From Octopus bimaculoides (lineage: Eukaryota): a DNA stretch of 40,062 nucleotides. Below, piece after piece: positions 1-11,690 of the stretch. Below the pieces are notes generated by a model. The model was not told the DNA's origin and searched no databases. It saw only the letters and a program-made list of their open reading frames with translations. Location: assembly GCF_001194135.2 (NCBI RefSeq), contig NC_069000.1:32868682-32908743 (forward strand), read 5' to 3'. The stretch's first letter is position 1; the number at the start of each line of letters is the position of its first letter. Both the position numbers and the translations under genes were made by a program.

Positions 1-82
1 TATATATATATATATTCACATATATATATATATATCTGTGTATTGACATATATATATATATATCTGTATGTGTGTCTGTGTG

Positions 83-171
<89 letters not shown>

Positions 172-245
172 GTATGTATATATGTATTTATACATATGTG
201 TGTGTGCGTGTGTGTATATATATATATATGTATGTATGTATGCAT
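1..245. repeat. compound (TA)n/(TG)n microsatellite
   Basis: Direct reading; explains ORFs 43..288, 68..253 and 72..368. Confidence 0.97.
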
Positions 246-660
246 GTGTCTAATCTACACTTTGCAAGCACATTCATTTACACATTAAGCAATACCATTC
301 TTACAGACAAACATACATTCCACGCCATATATAGTATATTTACAAACAAGGAAATGAAAAAAATATAGAATATATATATACACAAGATTTTGGAATGACT
401 TTTGTACTTAAGAAAAACTCAGGCAAACACCCACTCAAAGATGTACGTATAAACTCATATCAATGTATATACTTTTTGTGTTTATGAATACGTCAGCAGG
501 TGTGTATGCGTGTGTTGATGTATTTTCTCTGTAGATAATGCATTAATATTTAATACGTTGAAGTGAGGGTGTATAAGTATATGTGTATTTAAATGTTTTC
601 TTTATAGCAAATTTATAACACTTTAAGCATAGAAACATTATTCCACGAAAAAATATTTAT

Positions 661-737
661 CTACACACACACACACACATACATACACGCACACACACAC
701 TCACACGCACACACACACACGCACACACGCACGCACG

Positions 738-792
<55 letters not shown>

Positions 793-896
793 AAATATAT
801 ATATGTATGTATGTATGCATTAACGTATATATANNNNNNNNNNNNNNNNNNNNNNNNNNNNNNNNNNNNNNNNNNNNNNNNNNNNNNNNNNNNNNN

Positions 897-925
<29 letters not shown>
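661..925. repeat. (CA)n/(TA)n microsatellite spanning N-gap 834-896
   Basis: Direct reading. Confidence 0.95.
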
Positions 926-933
<8 letters not shown>

Positions 934-1479
934 TAAATACGTATATGTGCATACATTCATATATATATCGCTATGTGTATGTGTTTTTGTGTGTTCATGT
1001 GTGTATCTGTGCACATGTATATGTGTGTGTATGTAATACATGCCTAAAGTCACTGTATATTTCAATGACAGAGTGGATAAAAACCTTACCAATTACAATA
1101 ACATAACTAATTTCCATGCTCTAAGACACTCATACAATTCATGGAACGCTGTAACCCAGAATTTTTGTAAGTGATACAAACAGCGCTCAGAATGTTGGAG
1201 AATATACGTGGTAAACATCGGAATAAAAATGTAATGTACTATGAATAGATCTTAACCAGCACGATTCTTGGTCTTTGAAATTGGTTAGCTTTCATAAAAA
1301 TACTCCTGGTATCACCAAGATAATTACCAGAATTTTTAATGTTTTTCTATAGTTGTTATTTTTCAGCTGTACATAAGTTGCACTTTAAAAGCCAATTATA
1401 TAAAGTGTGCACATTTCTATACTTTTACACTTTATCTGGAAGTCAATTTCCATTTCTTCTAAATAATGGATGACACACA

Positions 1480-2815
1480 CTAATGCTACATTGTTCCTCT
1501 TGTCGTGATGTCTGAAAGTTATGTGGTTAAAGGAATGCGTCTTCTGCCTTATATGACAAGCCAATCGCTCTGGTGTTCTTTACACTTATCTATCCGCTGT
1601 TAAATTTGTTGTATTGTGTGTTATAACATCTTTGATGATTGGCATGGCTGTACCTTAGTTTTAAAGAGCTGAATAATTTTTCGTAGCAATGGTTTAAGTG
1701 AATATGCTTATGTTCCAAACAACGGGATATTTTGGCAATACTTCACCTATCACTTTCCATAAAAATGTTGTGAAATAGATAATTTCACAGACCTGATCAT
1801 ATTGGAAGTTGGGTGTTCGGGTGTGGGAACTCCCAACTTCTATCACTTAAAGCTTTTATACAAATGCGCAGTTTTTATGTTTTAGTATTGGCATACTGTC
1901 CAGTGGATATAACTACTTATTCGGTCCTGTCAGTATATATGTTCAGATTTGCCAGGGTTGGACAGCCAGAGATGATGTAGTCAACTGTCTTATTGTGCTG
2001 GTTGCACATTCTGCATTTGATGTTAGCACCTGTTTTCATTATTTTACTTTTATAGTTGTGTGGTCAGGCATTGGTCTTGTGCAGCGAGAATCAGTCCTTC
2101 CGTTCCAACTTTTAGTCCAGAGCTTTTCAGTGATTGTTGCCTTTTACTTAAGCTCACTTCTCTGTCAAGCTTTGCAGATTGTTGGCCATGGAGTGATTTG
2201 TCCTTTCACATTTCTTTTTTAGAATGTTTTTTAGTTCTGTTTTCATGATGTCGTTTGTCTCTTTGACCATTTTTGCTATGTTGTCACCTGAGATCGATGT
2301 ATCAGTGTAGTTTGTTTCTGTCTTGTATTTTGTCACTACTTTGTGTATATAGAAGTGCATTTTCTTTTTCTCGCGTTGTGTTATTACATGTAGTAGTCTT
2401 CCAGTTTTTGTTTCTAAGTACTTTACTAGTACGACTATTGTTATTTCATTGTAGTTCTCTCGCTGTGTCAGGTCACGATCTCCTACTGAGCGAGGTAGAA
2501 ATATACTGTCTATGTCTGCAATGGGATTTTGTTAACAGTATATTGTTAACAGGTCCCTCATATTTCTAAGTTACTTAATTCCCTGGCTTTCCAGTTTATT
2601 ATGTTCAATCTGTAATTCATCATTAGTATAGCTAGCGTGTTTATCCCTATTATCTTATTTTTAGCATTGAGTTCAGTCTTTAATATTACTTTTAATTTTT
2701 CTGTGATACGCAATTTATCATTACATTTCTCTGTGTTGTATTTTAGCAGTTTCTACGTATTTATATGGGGGATTGTTGTCTAAATCTCTAATTTCTGTGT
2801 CTTTGTCGAGTTCAG
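1480..2815 (-). mobile_element. R4/Dong-like RLE non-LTR retrotransposon, degraded 3' half (copy A)
   Basis: Minus-strand translation across stops gives EIRDLDNNPPYKY (RT domain 7), ILKTELNAKNKIIGINTLA, ADIDSIFLPRSVG (thumb), SSGLKVGTEGLILAAQDQ, CRMCNQHNKTVDYIISGCPTLA (degenerate CCHC knuckle) and IHWTVCQY. The 3' boundary is approximate. Confidence 0.88.
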
Positions 2816-2839
2816 TGTGTGTCTGCCGGTTGGAGTTAT

Positions 2840-2850
2840 TATCATTATTA

Positions 2851-2942
<92 letters not shown>
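2840..2942. repeat. (ATT)n then (AGT)n compound microsatellite; 3' tail of R4 copy B
   Basis: Direct reading; lies just 3' (on the minus strand) of copy B. Confidence 0.95.
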
Positions 2943-2944
2943 CT

Positions 2945-3598
2945 TTGCACAGCTTCTATCACTGGAAATGCACTACGGAACCAGCTGTTCACTAACAGTG
3001 AACTAATGTAACATCCTTATTTTTCGAGGACTATCTGGAGTATTCGAGCGGTTCCAAGCAGTGCTGTTTTCTGCAAGTGCTCAATTCTTATTGCAGCCCC
3101 TATTTCCCATGTACTTATCAAGATTTTTACTCACGGTTCCCAGGGCTCCTATAATTATTGGTTCTACTACCACCTTTTTCATCGACCATAACTGCTTAAC
3201 CGCCCAAGCTAACCTGTCATATCTATTGACTTTTCTTTCTTTCTTATCGCATACCCTGTTATCAGCTGGGCGTGCTATATCTATGAGCCAGCATCGTTTG
3301 CTTTCTTTCTCAATTAACACTATGTCTGGCTTCCTGTACTCTATCTCATAGTCGCACTGAATCATAGAATCCCATAGGATCTTTGCATTATCATTTTCGA
3401 TTATGCCTCCAGATTTATGTTCGTACTACTTTTCTGCTCTGTCAAGTCCATACGTGTTGCAAAGTGTCCAATGGACAATTCCTGCTATATTGTCATAAAG
3501 TCTCTAGTACGCTAGTGGTGTACATTGACTGGTAATATGCGAAACGGTTTCACAATTTCTCCACAAATTCTGCTCTTATCTGCATCAGGGTATTTATC
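2945..3598 (-). mobile_element. R4/Dong-like RLE retrotransposon 3' fragment (copy B)
   Basis: ETVSHITSQC knuckle; IVHWTLCNTYGLDRAEK; ILWDSMIQCD-RKPDIVLIEKESKRCWLIDIARPAD (PD-(D/E)xK-type RLE); PIIIGALGTV; LQKTALLGTARIL..LEK* terminus. Confidence 0.92.
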
Positions 3599-3666
<68 letters not shown>

Positions 3667-3672
3667 TATTAC

Positions 3673-3715
<43 letters not shown>

Positions 3716-3716
3716 T
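3598..3716. repeat. (TTA)n microsatellite between R4 copies B and C
   Basis: Direct reading. Confidence 0.97.
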
Positions 3717-3719
3717 CAT

Positions 3720-4150
3720 ACACACTCCGCAGATTACACTTTTGGAAAAGAAACATTTCTAACATCGGGCTAGAAGTAAGATTCCAAGAATCCTTCTCAG
3801 TGTCCTAACTATCCCTAATAACACTGCTTTCTGGAGTTGTACGAATCTGGATTTTATGCCTGTTTCCTCTATTCACCTGTTCAAATCTTTAGGGATAGTT
3901 CCTAATGCACCTATAACTGCAGGGATACATTTAACCCGCACTTTCTATAGTCTCTGTAGCTCAAAGGCTAATTGCTGGTACATTGCTAATATGTCTATAA
4001 CTCTCGTATTTACTTACTCATCACTTGGGACTGTAAAGTCAATTGTCTTGCACTTTCTATTCTCTTTATCTACAACTACTACTAAATCTGGACTTCTAGC
4101 TTCTATTACTCTGTCCGTTTGAATGTTCAAGTCCCCCAACATCTTATTTT
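3720..4150 (-). mobile_element. R4/Dong-like RLE retrotransposon 3' fragment (copy C)
   Basis: GDLNIQTDRVIEARSPDLVVVVDKENRKCKTIDFTVPSDE, VKCIPAVIGALGTIPKDLNR, VQLQKAVLLG; same subfamily as copy D. Confidence 0.9.
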
Positions 4151-4184
4151 GCTTACTTTCTTGTCCTTTACTAGGTTCGTTAAG

Positions 4185-4425
4185 GCAACGAGCTGGCACA
4201 ATCGTTAGCAAGCCGGGCGAAGTACTTAGCGTGATTTCGTCTGTCTTCATGTTCTGAGTTCAAATTCCGCCGAGTTCGACTTTGCCTTTCCTCCTTTCCG
4301 GGTCGATAGATTAAGTACTACTGAAACAGTGGGGTTGATGTAACTGACTACTCCCCCACCCCCCAAATTTCAGCCCTTGTGCCAATAGTAGAAAAGATTA
4401 TCATCATCATCATCATCATCATCAT
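4185..4425 (+). mobile_element. tRNA-derived SINE, family A (Meta/MESC-like central domain), with (ATC)n tail
   Basis: GAGCTGGCACAATCG head, B-box-like GAGTTCAAATTCC, central TTTGCCTTTCCTCCTTTCCGGGTCGATA...AAGTAC, 3' CCTTGTGCC plus trinucleotide tail. Many further copies occur in the window. The domain name is from recall. Confidence 0.85.
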
Positions 4426-5593
4426 TTACCAGAAGACCAGATATTAAGATCATTGAAAGGAGGAGAGAGTTATAAGTATCTAGGAGTATTAGAATCTACA
4501 GAAATGAAAATGAAGATTGAGGAGTACATCAAGAGGGTGAGGAGTTAAAGGCAATGATCCGAATCTAATGAAGGCTGCAAAGACGTGGGCAGCATTATTT
4601 CTTAGATACTCAGCAGCTTCTGTAGATTGAGCAAAAACTGAATTAGCAAAGATAGACAGAAGAACTAGGAAGGAATTCAATATAGATTGAGGACTTCGCC
4701 CAAGATCAGGAGTAGCAAGATTATACCTACCTAGAAATGAAGGTGGAAGAGGGTTAATGTCAGTAGAAGACAAAACGAACTTAAAAACCAGAAAAAAAGA
4801 ACAAATTATCTGACAGGCGAAGGGCTGATTGAATAAAAAGCAAGATAGACAAAAGTCAAGTAGATTCCCAATGTAGATTATGCAACTCAAAAGAGGAAAG
4901 CATTACTCATTTAGTAAGTGATTGTCGCATGCTGGCACAGAAAGATCAGAAGAAAACACATGACAATCTAGGGAAAGCAATCCACTGGGAACTATGTAGA
5001 AAACTAGGATTTGAACACACTTATAAATGGTATGAACATGAACCTAGTGAAATGCTAGGAAGTAAAAAAATATACACGATGTTGTGGGACATTAACATTC
5101 GAACTCATAGAGTATTAGAAGCTAGAAGGCTTGGCGTGGCATGGTAGTAGTAAATAAAGAGAATAGAAAGTTCCAGAGAATTGATTTTACAGTCCCAAAT
5201 GATGAAAAAATTAATGAGAAGTCTAGAAAAATAGCTCAGTACTAAGTATAGAAAAATAGAAAGGTACCAGGATCTAGCCATTGAATTACGGAGACCATGG
5301 AAACTGCGGGTAAAATGTATCCCAGTACATATGGGTGCATTAGGGCCTATATCTAAAGATTTGAACAGATGGATAGAGGAAATAAGCATAAAACCCAGTT
5401 TAGTACAGCTGCAGAAAACAGTGTTATTAGGGACAGCTAGAGTAGTTAGGAAAGTTCTTGGCATCTAAGGTTACTTGCTGCAACCCAACACGAGGGTTCT
5501 GACATGTAAGGCTACTTGTTGTAACTCGATGTTAGGATTCTGTTTTTTTTTTTCCAACAGTCTAATCTGTTAAGTCTATTATTATTATCCTAA

Positions 5594-5642
<49 letters not shown>
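4426..5642 (+). mobile_element. R4/Dong-like RLE retrotransposon, degraded 3' portion with 3'UTR and (ATT)n tail (copy D)
   Basis: ESYKYLGVLE; RLYLPRNEGGRGLMSVED; HLVSDCRMLAQ..HDNLGKAIHWELCRKLG; IDFTVPND; YQDLAIELRRPWKLRVKCIPVHMGALG; LQKTVLLGTARVVRKVLGI* (stop 5467-5469); tail runs into a gap. Confidence 0.93.
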
Positions 5643-6432
5643 NNNNNNNNNNNNNNNNNNNNNNNNNNNNNNNNNNNNNNNNNNNNNNNNNNNNNNNNNN
5701 NNNNNNNNNNNNNNNNNNNNNNNNNNNNNNNNNNNNNNNNNNNNNNNNNNNNNNNNNNNNNNNNNNNNNNNNNNNNNNNNNNNNNNNNNNNNNNNNNNNN
5801 NNNNNNNNNNNNNNNNNNNNNNNNNNNNNNNNNNNNNNNNNNNNNNNNNNNNNNNNNNNNNNNNNNNNNNNNNNNNNNNNNNNNNNNNNNNNNNNNNNNN
5901 NNNNNNNNNNNNNNNNNNNNNNNNNNNNNNNNNNNNNNNNNNNNNNNNNNNNNNNNNNNNNNNNNNNNNNNNNNNNNNNNNNNNNNNNNNNNNNNNNNNN
6001 NNNNNNNNNNNNNNNNNNNNNNNNNNNNNNNNNNNNNNNNNNNNNNNNNNNNNNNNNNNNNNNNNNNNNNNNNNNNNNNNNNNNNNNNNNNNNNNNNNNN
6101 NNNNNNNNNNNNNNNNNNNNNNNNNNNNNNNNNNNNNNNNNNNNNNNNNNNNNNNNNNNNNNNNNNNNNNNNNNNNNNNNNNNNNNNNNNNNNNNNNNNN
6201 NNNNNNNNNNNNNNNNNNNNNNNNNNNNNNNNNNNNNNNNNNNNNNNNNNNNNNNNNNNNNNNNNNNNNNNNNNNNNNNNNNNNNNNNNNNNNNNNNNNN
6301 NNNNNNNNNNNNNNNNNNNNNNNNNNNNNNNNNNNNNNNNNNNNNNNNNNNNNNNNNNNNNNNNNNNNNNNNNNNNNNNNNNNNNNNNNNNNNNNNNNNN
6401 NNNNNNNNNNNNNNNNNNNNNNNNNNNNNNNN
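5643..6432. other. assembly gap (N) flanked by (ATT)n
   Basis: N run. Other gaps: 834-896, 7124-7968, 21391-21655, 28579-28588, 29789-30043, 36205-36606, 37301-38105. Confidence 1.
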
Positions 6433-6506
<74 letters not shown>

Positions 6507-6517
6507 CATCATCATCA

Positions 6518-6567
<50 letters not shown>

Positions 6568-6570
<3 letters not shown>

Positions 6571-6692
6571 CCATCCTTTCCGAGTGGATGAAATAAGTAC
6601 CAGTAATTCGCTGGTGTCGATGTAATTGACAAGCACCCTCTCAAAAAAATTCGAGTCTTTATGCCTAAGGTAGAAAGGTTTATTACTATTGT
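6568..6692 (+). mobile_element. SINE family A, 3' fragment
   Basis: CATCCTTTCCGAGTGGATGAAATAAGTACCAG...GTCGATGTAATTGAC...GTAGAAAGG plus ATT tail. Confidence 0.75.
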
Positions 6693-7089
6693 GGTTGTTG
6701 TTTTTGTTCTTGTTGTCGCTGCAGCTGTTGTTGTTGCTGTTGTTCATGTAGTTGTTGTCGCTTTTAGTGTTGATGCTATTAGTTTTCAGCACGAGATTAA
6801 CATTTCTACAAGATCCTAATCTCCCTGTCTAATACCAGGTAATTCTTTTGTCGAAAGATTTTGAACTATTATTCAAACTATGCGAAATGTCAAAGTCTTT
6901 CTCTTATATATATATTTTAGACGTTTTGGCATCATGTACTTCTTCTACCGCAACTGCTGTCTCCTTCTCTATATACTGTCTCTTTCTTGTTTCTTACTAT
7001 TCGTATGTCTACCTATCTCCCTACATATATATCTATGTGTATATTTATATACATATACTTATGCATACACACAGAGACAAAGACACACG

Positions 7090-7123
<34 letters not shown>

Positions 7124-7968
7124 NNNNNNNNNNNNNNNNNNNNNNNNNNNNNNNNNNNNNNNNNNNNNNNNNNNNNNNNNNNNNNNNNNNNNNNNNNNNN
7201 NNNNNNNNNNNNNNNNNNNNNNNNNNNNNNNNNNNNNNNNNNNNNNNNNNNNNNNNNNNNNNNNNNNNNNNNNNNNNNNNNNNNNNNNNNNNNNNNNNNN
7301 NNNNNNNNNNNNNNNNNNNNNNNNNNNNNNNNNNNNNNNNNNNNNNNNNNNNNNNNNNNNNNNNNNNNNNNNNNNNNNNNNNNNNNNNNNNNNNNNNNNN
7401 NNNNNNNNNNNNNNNNNNNNNNNNNNNNNNNNNNNNNNNNNNNNNNNNNNNNNNNNNNNNNNNNNNNNNNNNNNNNNNNNNNNNNNNNNNNNNNNNNNNN
7501 NNNNNNNNNNNNNNNNNNNNNNNNNNNNNNNNNNNNNNNNNNNNNNNNNNNNNNNNNNNNNNNNNNNNNNNNNNNNNNNNNNNNNNNNNNNNNNNNNNNN
7601 NNNNNNNNNNNNNNNNNNNNNNNNNNNNNNNNNNNNNNNNNNNNNNNNNNNNNNNNNNNNNNNNNNNNNNNNNNNNNNNNNNNNNNNNNNNNNNNNNNNN
7701 NNNNNNNNNNNNNNNNNNNNNNNNNNNNNNNNNNNNNNNNNNNNNNNNNNNNNNNNNNNNNNNNNNNNNNNNNNNNNNNNNNNNNNNNNNNNNNNNNNNN
7801 NNNNNNNNNNNNNNNNNNNNNNNNNNNNNNNNNNNNNNNNNNNNNNNNNNNNNNNNNNNNNNNNNNNNNNNNNNNNNNNNNNNNNNNNNNNNNNNNNNNN
7901 NNNNNNNNNNNNNNNNNNNNNNNNNNNNNNNNNNNNNNNNNNNNNNNNNNNNNNNNNNNNNNNNNNNN

Positions 7969-8018
<50 letters not shown>

Positions 8019-8142
8019 TTATATATATATATATACACGCAGACACACACATTCATACACAGACACAAACACATACATACATCGATGTAGACATCCATGT
8101 GTGTGTGTATATATATATGTATATATATAGATATATATATAT

Positions 8143-8143
<1 letters not shown>

Positions 8144-8179
<36 letters not shown>

Positions 8180-8180
8180 C

Positions 8181-8242
<62 letters not shown>

Positions 8243-8260
8243 ACAGATAGATAGATAGAT
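8144..8260. repeat. (TAGA)n tetranucleotide microsatellite
   Basis: Direct reading; similar tracts at 12660-12724 and 25651-25708. Confidence 0.97.
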
Positions 8261-8454
8261 GTTATATGTGAATGCATGTGATTGTGTGGATCTTTGCGTA
8301 CATACACTCAATGCGCTGAGACGATAGAAGAATCCTGCTAAACGTTCCATGCAGTCGGAAGCTCTTGCGTAGAGCACTTCTTAAATATGCTGTCTTACTT
8401 GCATCCATATATAACACTATTTCAATCCGCTATATGATGTGAAGTCTATTACTT

Positions 8455-8706
8455 ATGGCTGTGTAGTTAAGAGGCTCACTTGTAACCACCTGGTTTCGAG
8501 TTCAGTCCCACTGCTCGATACCTTGAACAAGTGTCTTCTGTTAAACCTTTGGGTGTATGAATTTGGCAGACGGAAACTGTATGGAAACCCGTGGTGTGTA
8601 TACGTACGTGTACCTTTGTGTTTCTGTGTGTCCCCTTCACACCAAACTTATGCTGGTTTGTCTATGTCATCGTAACTTAGCGATCAGCATTAGAGACTAT
8701 TAAATG
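8455..8706 (+). mobile_element. tRNA-derived SINE, family B (CORE-like), degraded
   Basis: A-box-like TGGCTGTGTAGTTAAG, B-box GAGTTCAGTCCC, CORE-like CCTTGAACAAGTGTCTT, GACGGAAACTG; homologous to 34720-35174. Confidence 0.8.
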
Positions 8707-8871
8707 ATTTCACAAAATATGTTCTTCGGTCTATTTGTTCGTCTATTCCTGCAAGGCTGTGCCTCAGAAAATCCGCAATCCAACGGCTGACAGTTGCAAA
8801 AGATAAAAGACCTACCACCAAATTTCTTGCTAAAAATCTCTTCATCAGCTTATCGTTTTTACTGTTCGGAC

Positions 8872-9072
8872 CAGTGGTTCTCAATCACTTTTTGCCAACG
8901 GACCCCTTTGATTCCTATCTTACTCTACTGCACTTCCATAGCAATTCGATGAATATAAAAAGAATTGTTTACAAAAATGTAGATGTATAAGAAATTTATT
9001 GCCCATACATTCTAACGACAGAATCGTATATGGATCTACAAGGGCCAAATAGAACCTGGTTGAGAACCACCG
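8872..9072. mobile_element. hAT (Charlie-like) MITE
   Basis: 13-bp TIRs CAGTGGTTCTCAA / TTGAGAACCACCG. The 8-bp flanks GTTCGGAC and GTTTAGAT differ only by transitions and resemble the Charlie-type NTCTAGAN target. Confidence 0.85.
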
Positions 9073-9754
9073 GTTTAGATTGGTAGATTATGCCAAACCT
9101 GCAACCCTCACTAATGCCAATTTGCGCTGGTTGTCACTAGCCCTCTGAAGCTGACGATGCCAATACAGCGTATTCTGAATTTTAGGGAATCGTTGTTGGT
9201 TCAGCAAAAAAACATGGCACAGTGTTGCTACGGCCGGTGTTCTGGTACGCTATAAGTTTGGGGCAAAACCGGAAATTTGGAGAGAAAGGGGGAAGTGAAT
9301 AAGAAATTGCATTTGTTTTATATCTTGTTTGTTTGTAAGACGAAAAAATCGTTATAGTTTTTGTAGAATTGCCGTGCATCCATGTTTAACTGTATTTTGA
9401 ACAGTAGTTCTGTCATCATCGAATCGAAGATTCCAAGAACACCAATTAAGATGCATTGCATCATGATCTCTTGCACAAAAATCAGAGCATTTATCGGGAA
9501 ACGAGAACAAATTTATACCGATTCGAGACTGTTCGTAGTTTAATCACCACAAGTTTCTGAGTCTGTCACCATCTCCCATCCCTTTGGCTCTTTTTCTTTC
9601 TCTCTCTCCGCTCTTGCTCTGGTGTTTACATGTAGTCAGATCCATTCCGCAGCTGCTCAATGTATATAGATGGGTTTCAACTTGATCTACAATCTATCGA
9701 CCCTGATGCACTACAAAATTCAATTAGTTTCTTATACATTTCTTTCTAAGTATT

Positions 9755-10365
9755 GATCACGAACTTTGGCACAAGGCCAGCAATTTTTGCAAGAGGGAAT
9801 AAGTTGATTACATCCACCCCAGTGCTCAGCTGGTACTTATTTTATCGACCCGGAAAGGATAAAAGGCAAAGTCGACTACGAATGTGGATGTATAGACGAA
9901 ATATATACTGCTAAGCATTTTACCCATCACGCTAACGATTCTACCACCTCGCCGCGTTATTTCTTTCTAAATATTTGTTTCAAATTTTGGCAGAAGTCCA
10001 CCAGTTGTAGGGGAGGGGTACATCTAGGACATTGACCCCAGTGCTTCACTGGCACTTATTTTATCGACCCCGAGAGGGTGAAAGGTGATGTCAACCTCGG
10101 CGGAATTTGAACCAAGGAAGTAGACAGACGAAATGCAGCTAAGCATTTTCTCCGGGTTGCTAACGATTCGTTTCTGCTCTAGACACAAGGCCCGAAATTT
10201 TGGGGAGGGGGAGACAGTCGATTAGATCATCCTCAGTACGCAATTTGTACTTAGTTTATCGATCCCGAAAGGACGAAAGGCAAAGTCGAACTCGGCGGAA
10301 TTTGAACTCAGAACGAAATACTGCTAATCATTTCGTGTAACGATCCTGCTAGCTCACTGGCTCAC
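9755..10365 (-). mobile_element. three tandem SINE family A copies (about 9755-9955, 9976-10170, 10171-10365)
   Basis: Each copy shows reverse-complemented GGCACAAGG, TTTATCGACCC.GAAAGG..AAAGG and CTAACGATTC motifs. Confidence 0.88.
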
Positions 10366-10540
10366 TTCTTTCTAAATATTCATTATCGTCTTGCAGAGAT
10401 TTTAACAAAGAGTCTATTGTATATCTATTCGCCTTTCATTTTTATTTAACTTTCAGCGCACTTTCGTTATCTACTTGAAACCTAGTGGACCTGGTTTCGA
10501 TACGCACTGCTTCTATGGACAATGACCCAGAGATAACTCT

Positions 10541-10753
10541 TTGTTTTGGACTACAAATTAAATACATGATCTGCTGTGAGTCAGCAGCCCATTTGAAATC
10601 AATCGATTCAGAAAAGTACTAGGAAGATATTTATGGACCATTGATGATAAGCCTGGAAATCGAATACGTAAAATACACTTCCCCTTTACTTTTTGGAGCA
10701 ACAGGATAAATACCAAGAAATTAGATCCAAATATGGCAGCGCGTTGATTCTTG
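10541..10753 (+). mobile_element. RLE retrotransposon C-terminal fragment, duplicate of 11465-11690
   Basis: Near-identical to 11465-11690 apart from a small internal deletion; encodes EDIYGPL..SL and a FGATG-like RLE tail. Confidence 0.75.
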
Positions 10754-10808
10754 AATTAATGACATCAAGACACGCTCTCCACACATATCCAGAAAACAAC
10801 ATTTACTG

Positions 10809-10935
<127 letters not shown>

Positions 10936-11099
10936 CTATATCTCTGATCAGTGTTTGTTCTTTTTGTCCACTTCCATAGTTACAACCAGTCTCTGGTATC
11001 CTGTAACCTCTTATCATCATCTATTTCTTCTCTCATCCTACTTAAACCAACAAAATCAAAACATAGACCAGTTCACTGAAAGATTTGCGCATCCGTACT

Positions 11100-11690
11100 T
11101 GGAAAAAGGACAGTGGGTATAAAATACATTGAAATCCTTACCTTACCGGCACGCAATCCAGGAACAAGATTACCCACAGGCATCTTCTGCACACATACAC
11201 TCAAAGAAGAAACCATCTTCTGGCAATAAGTACAAGCTATGTAAAAGTCAAACCGAAGATGTTATCCACATTGTTGCCAATTGTAAGAAAAAATTCCCTA
11301 AACAGTTCTTTCCCATAAGAATCATGTGGGAGATTGAACAATCTGAGATACAAGGACACAGCCCGAAATGAAGATTAAGGAATTGGTATTGATGAACGAA
11401 ATACTATTGGTAGAACCTGATAATAAAGATAGCAGCCAAGTAAAACACAACAGGCTTCGCCTAGTTGTTTTTTGGGACTACAAATTAAACACATGATCTG
11501 CTGTGAGTCAGCAGCCCATTTGAAACCAATCGATTCACAAAAATACAAGGAAGATATTTATGGACCATTGATTATAAGCCTGAAAATCAAATACGTAGAA
11601 CACACTTCCAGTACTTTTCCCAATTACTTTTGGAGCAACAGGATAAATACCAAGAGATTAGATCCAAATATGGCTGAGCGTTGATTCTTG
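11100..11690 (+). mobile_element. RLE non-LTR retrotransposon (R4/NeSL-like) 3' fragment
   Basis: AIQEQ; KLCKSQTEDVIHIVANC (knuckle); YW*NLIIK..KHNR..LVVFWD; VSSPFETN; KEDIYGPL; PITFGATG*IP. Confidence 0.75.

Noticed and set aside
4185-4290. tRNA genes suggested by A/B boxes in SINE heads
   Set aside because: No complete cloverleaf; the boxes continue into SINE body and tail sequence.
5562-8377. Long ORFs of 300-450 aa (also 21232-21838, 29568-30232, 35999-36709, 37188-38252)
   Set aside because: They are open only because they run through N-gaps and microsatellites; no coding content.
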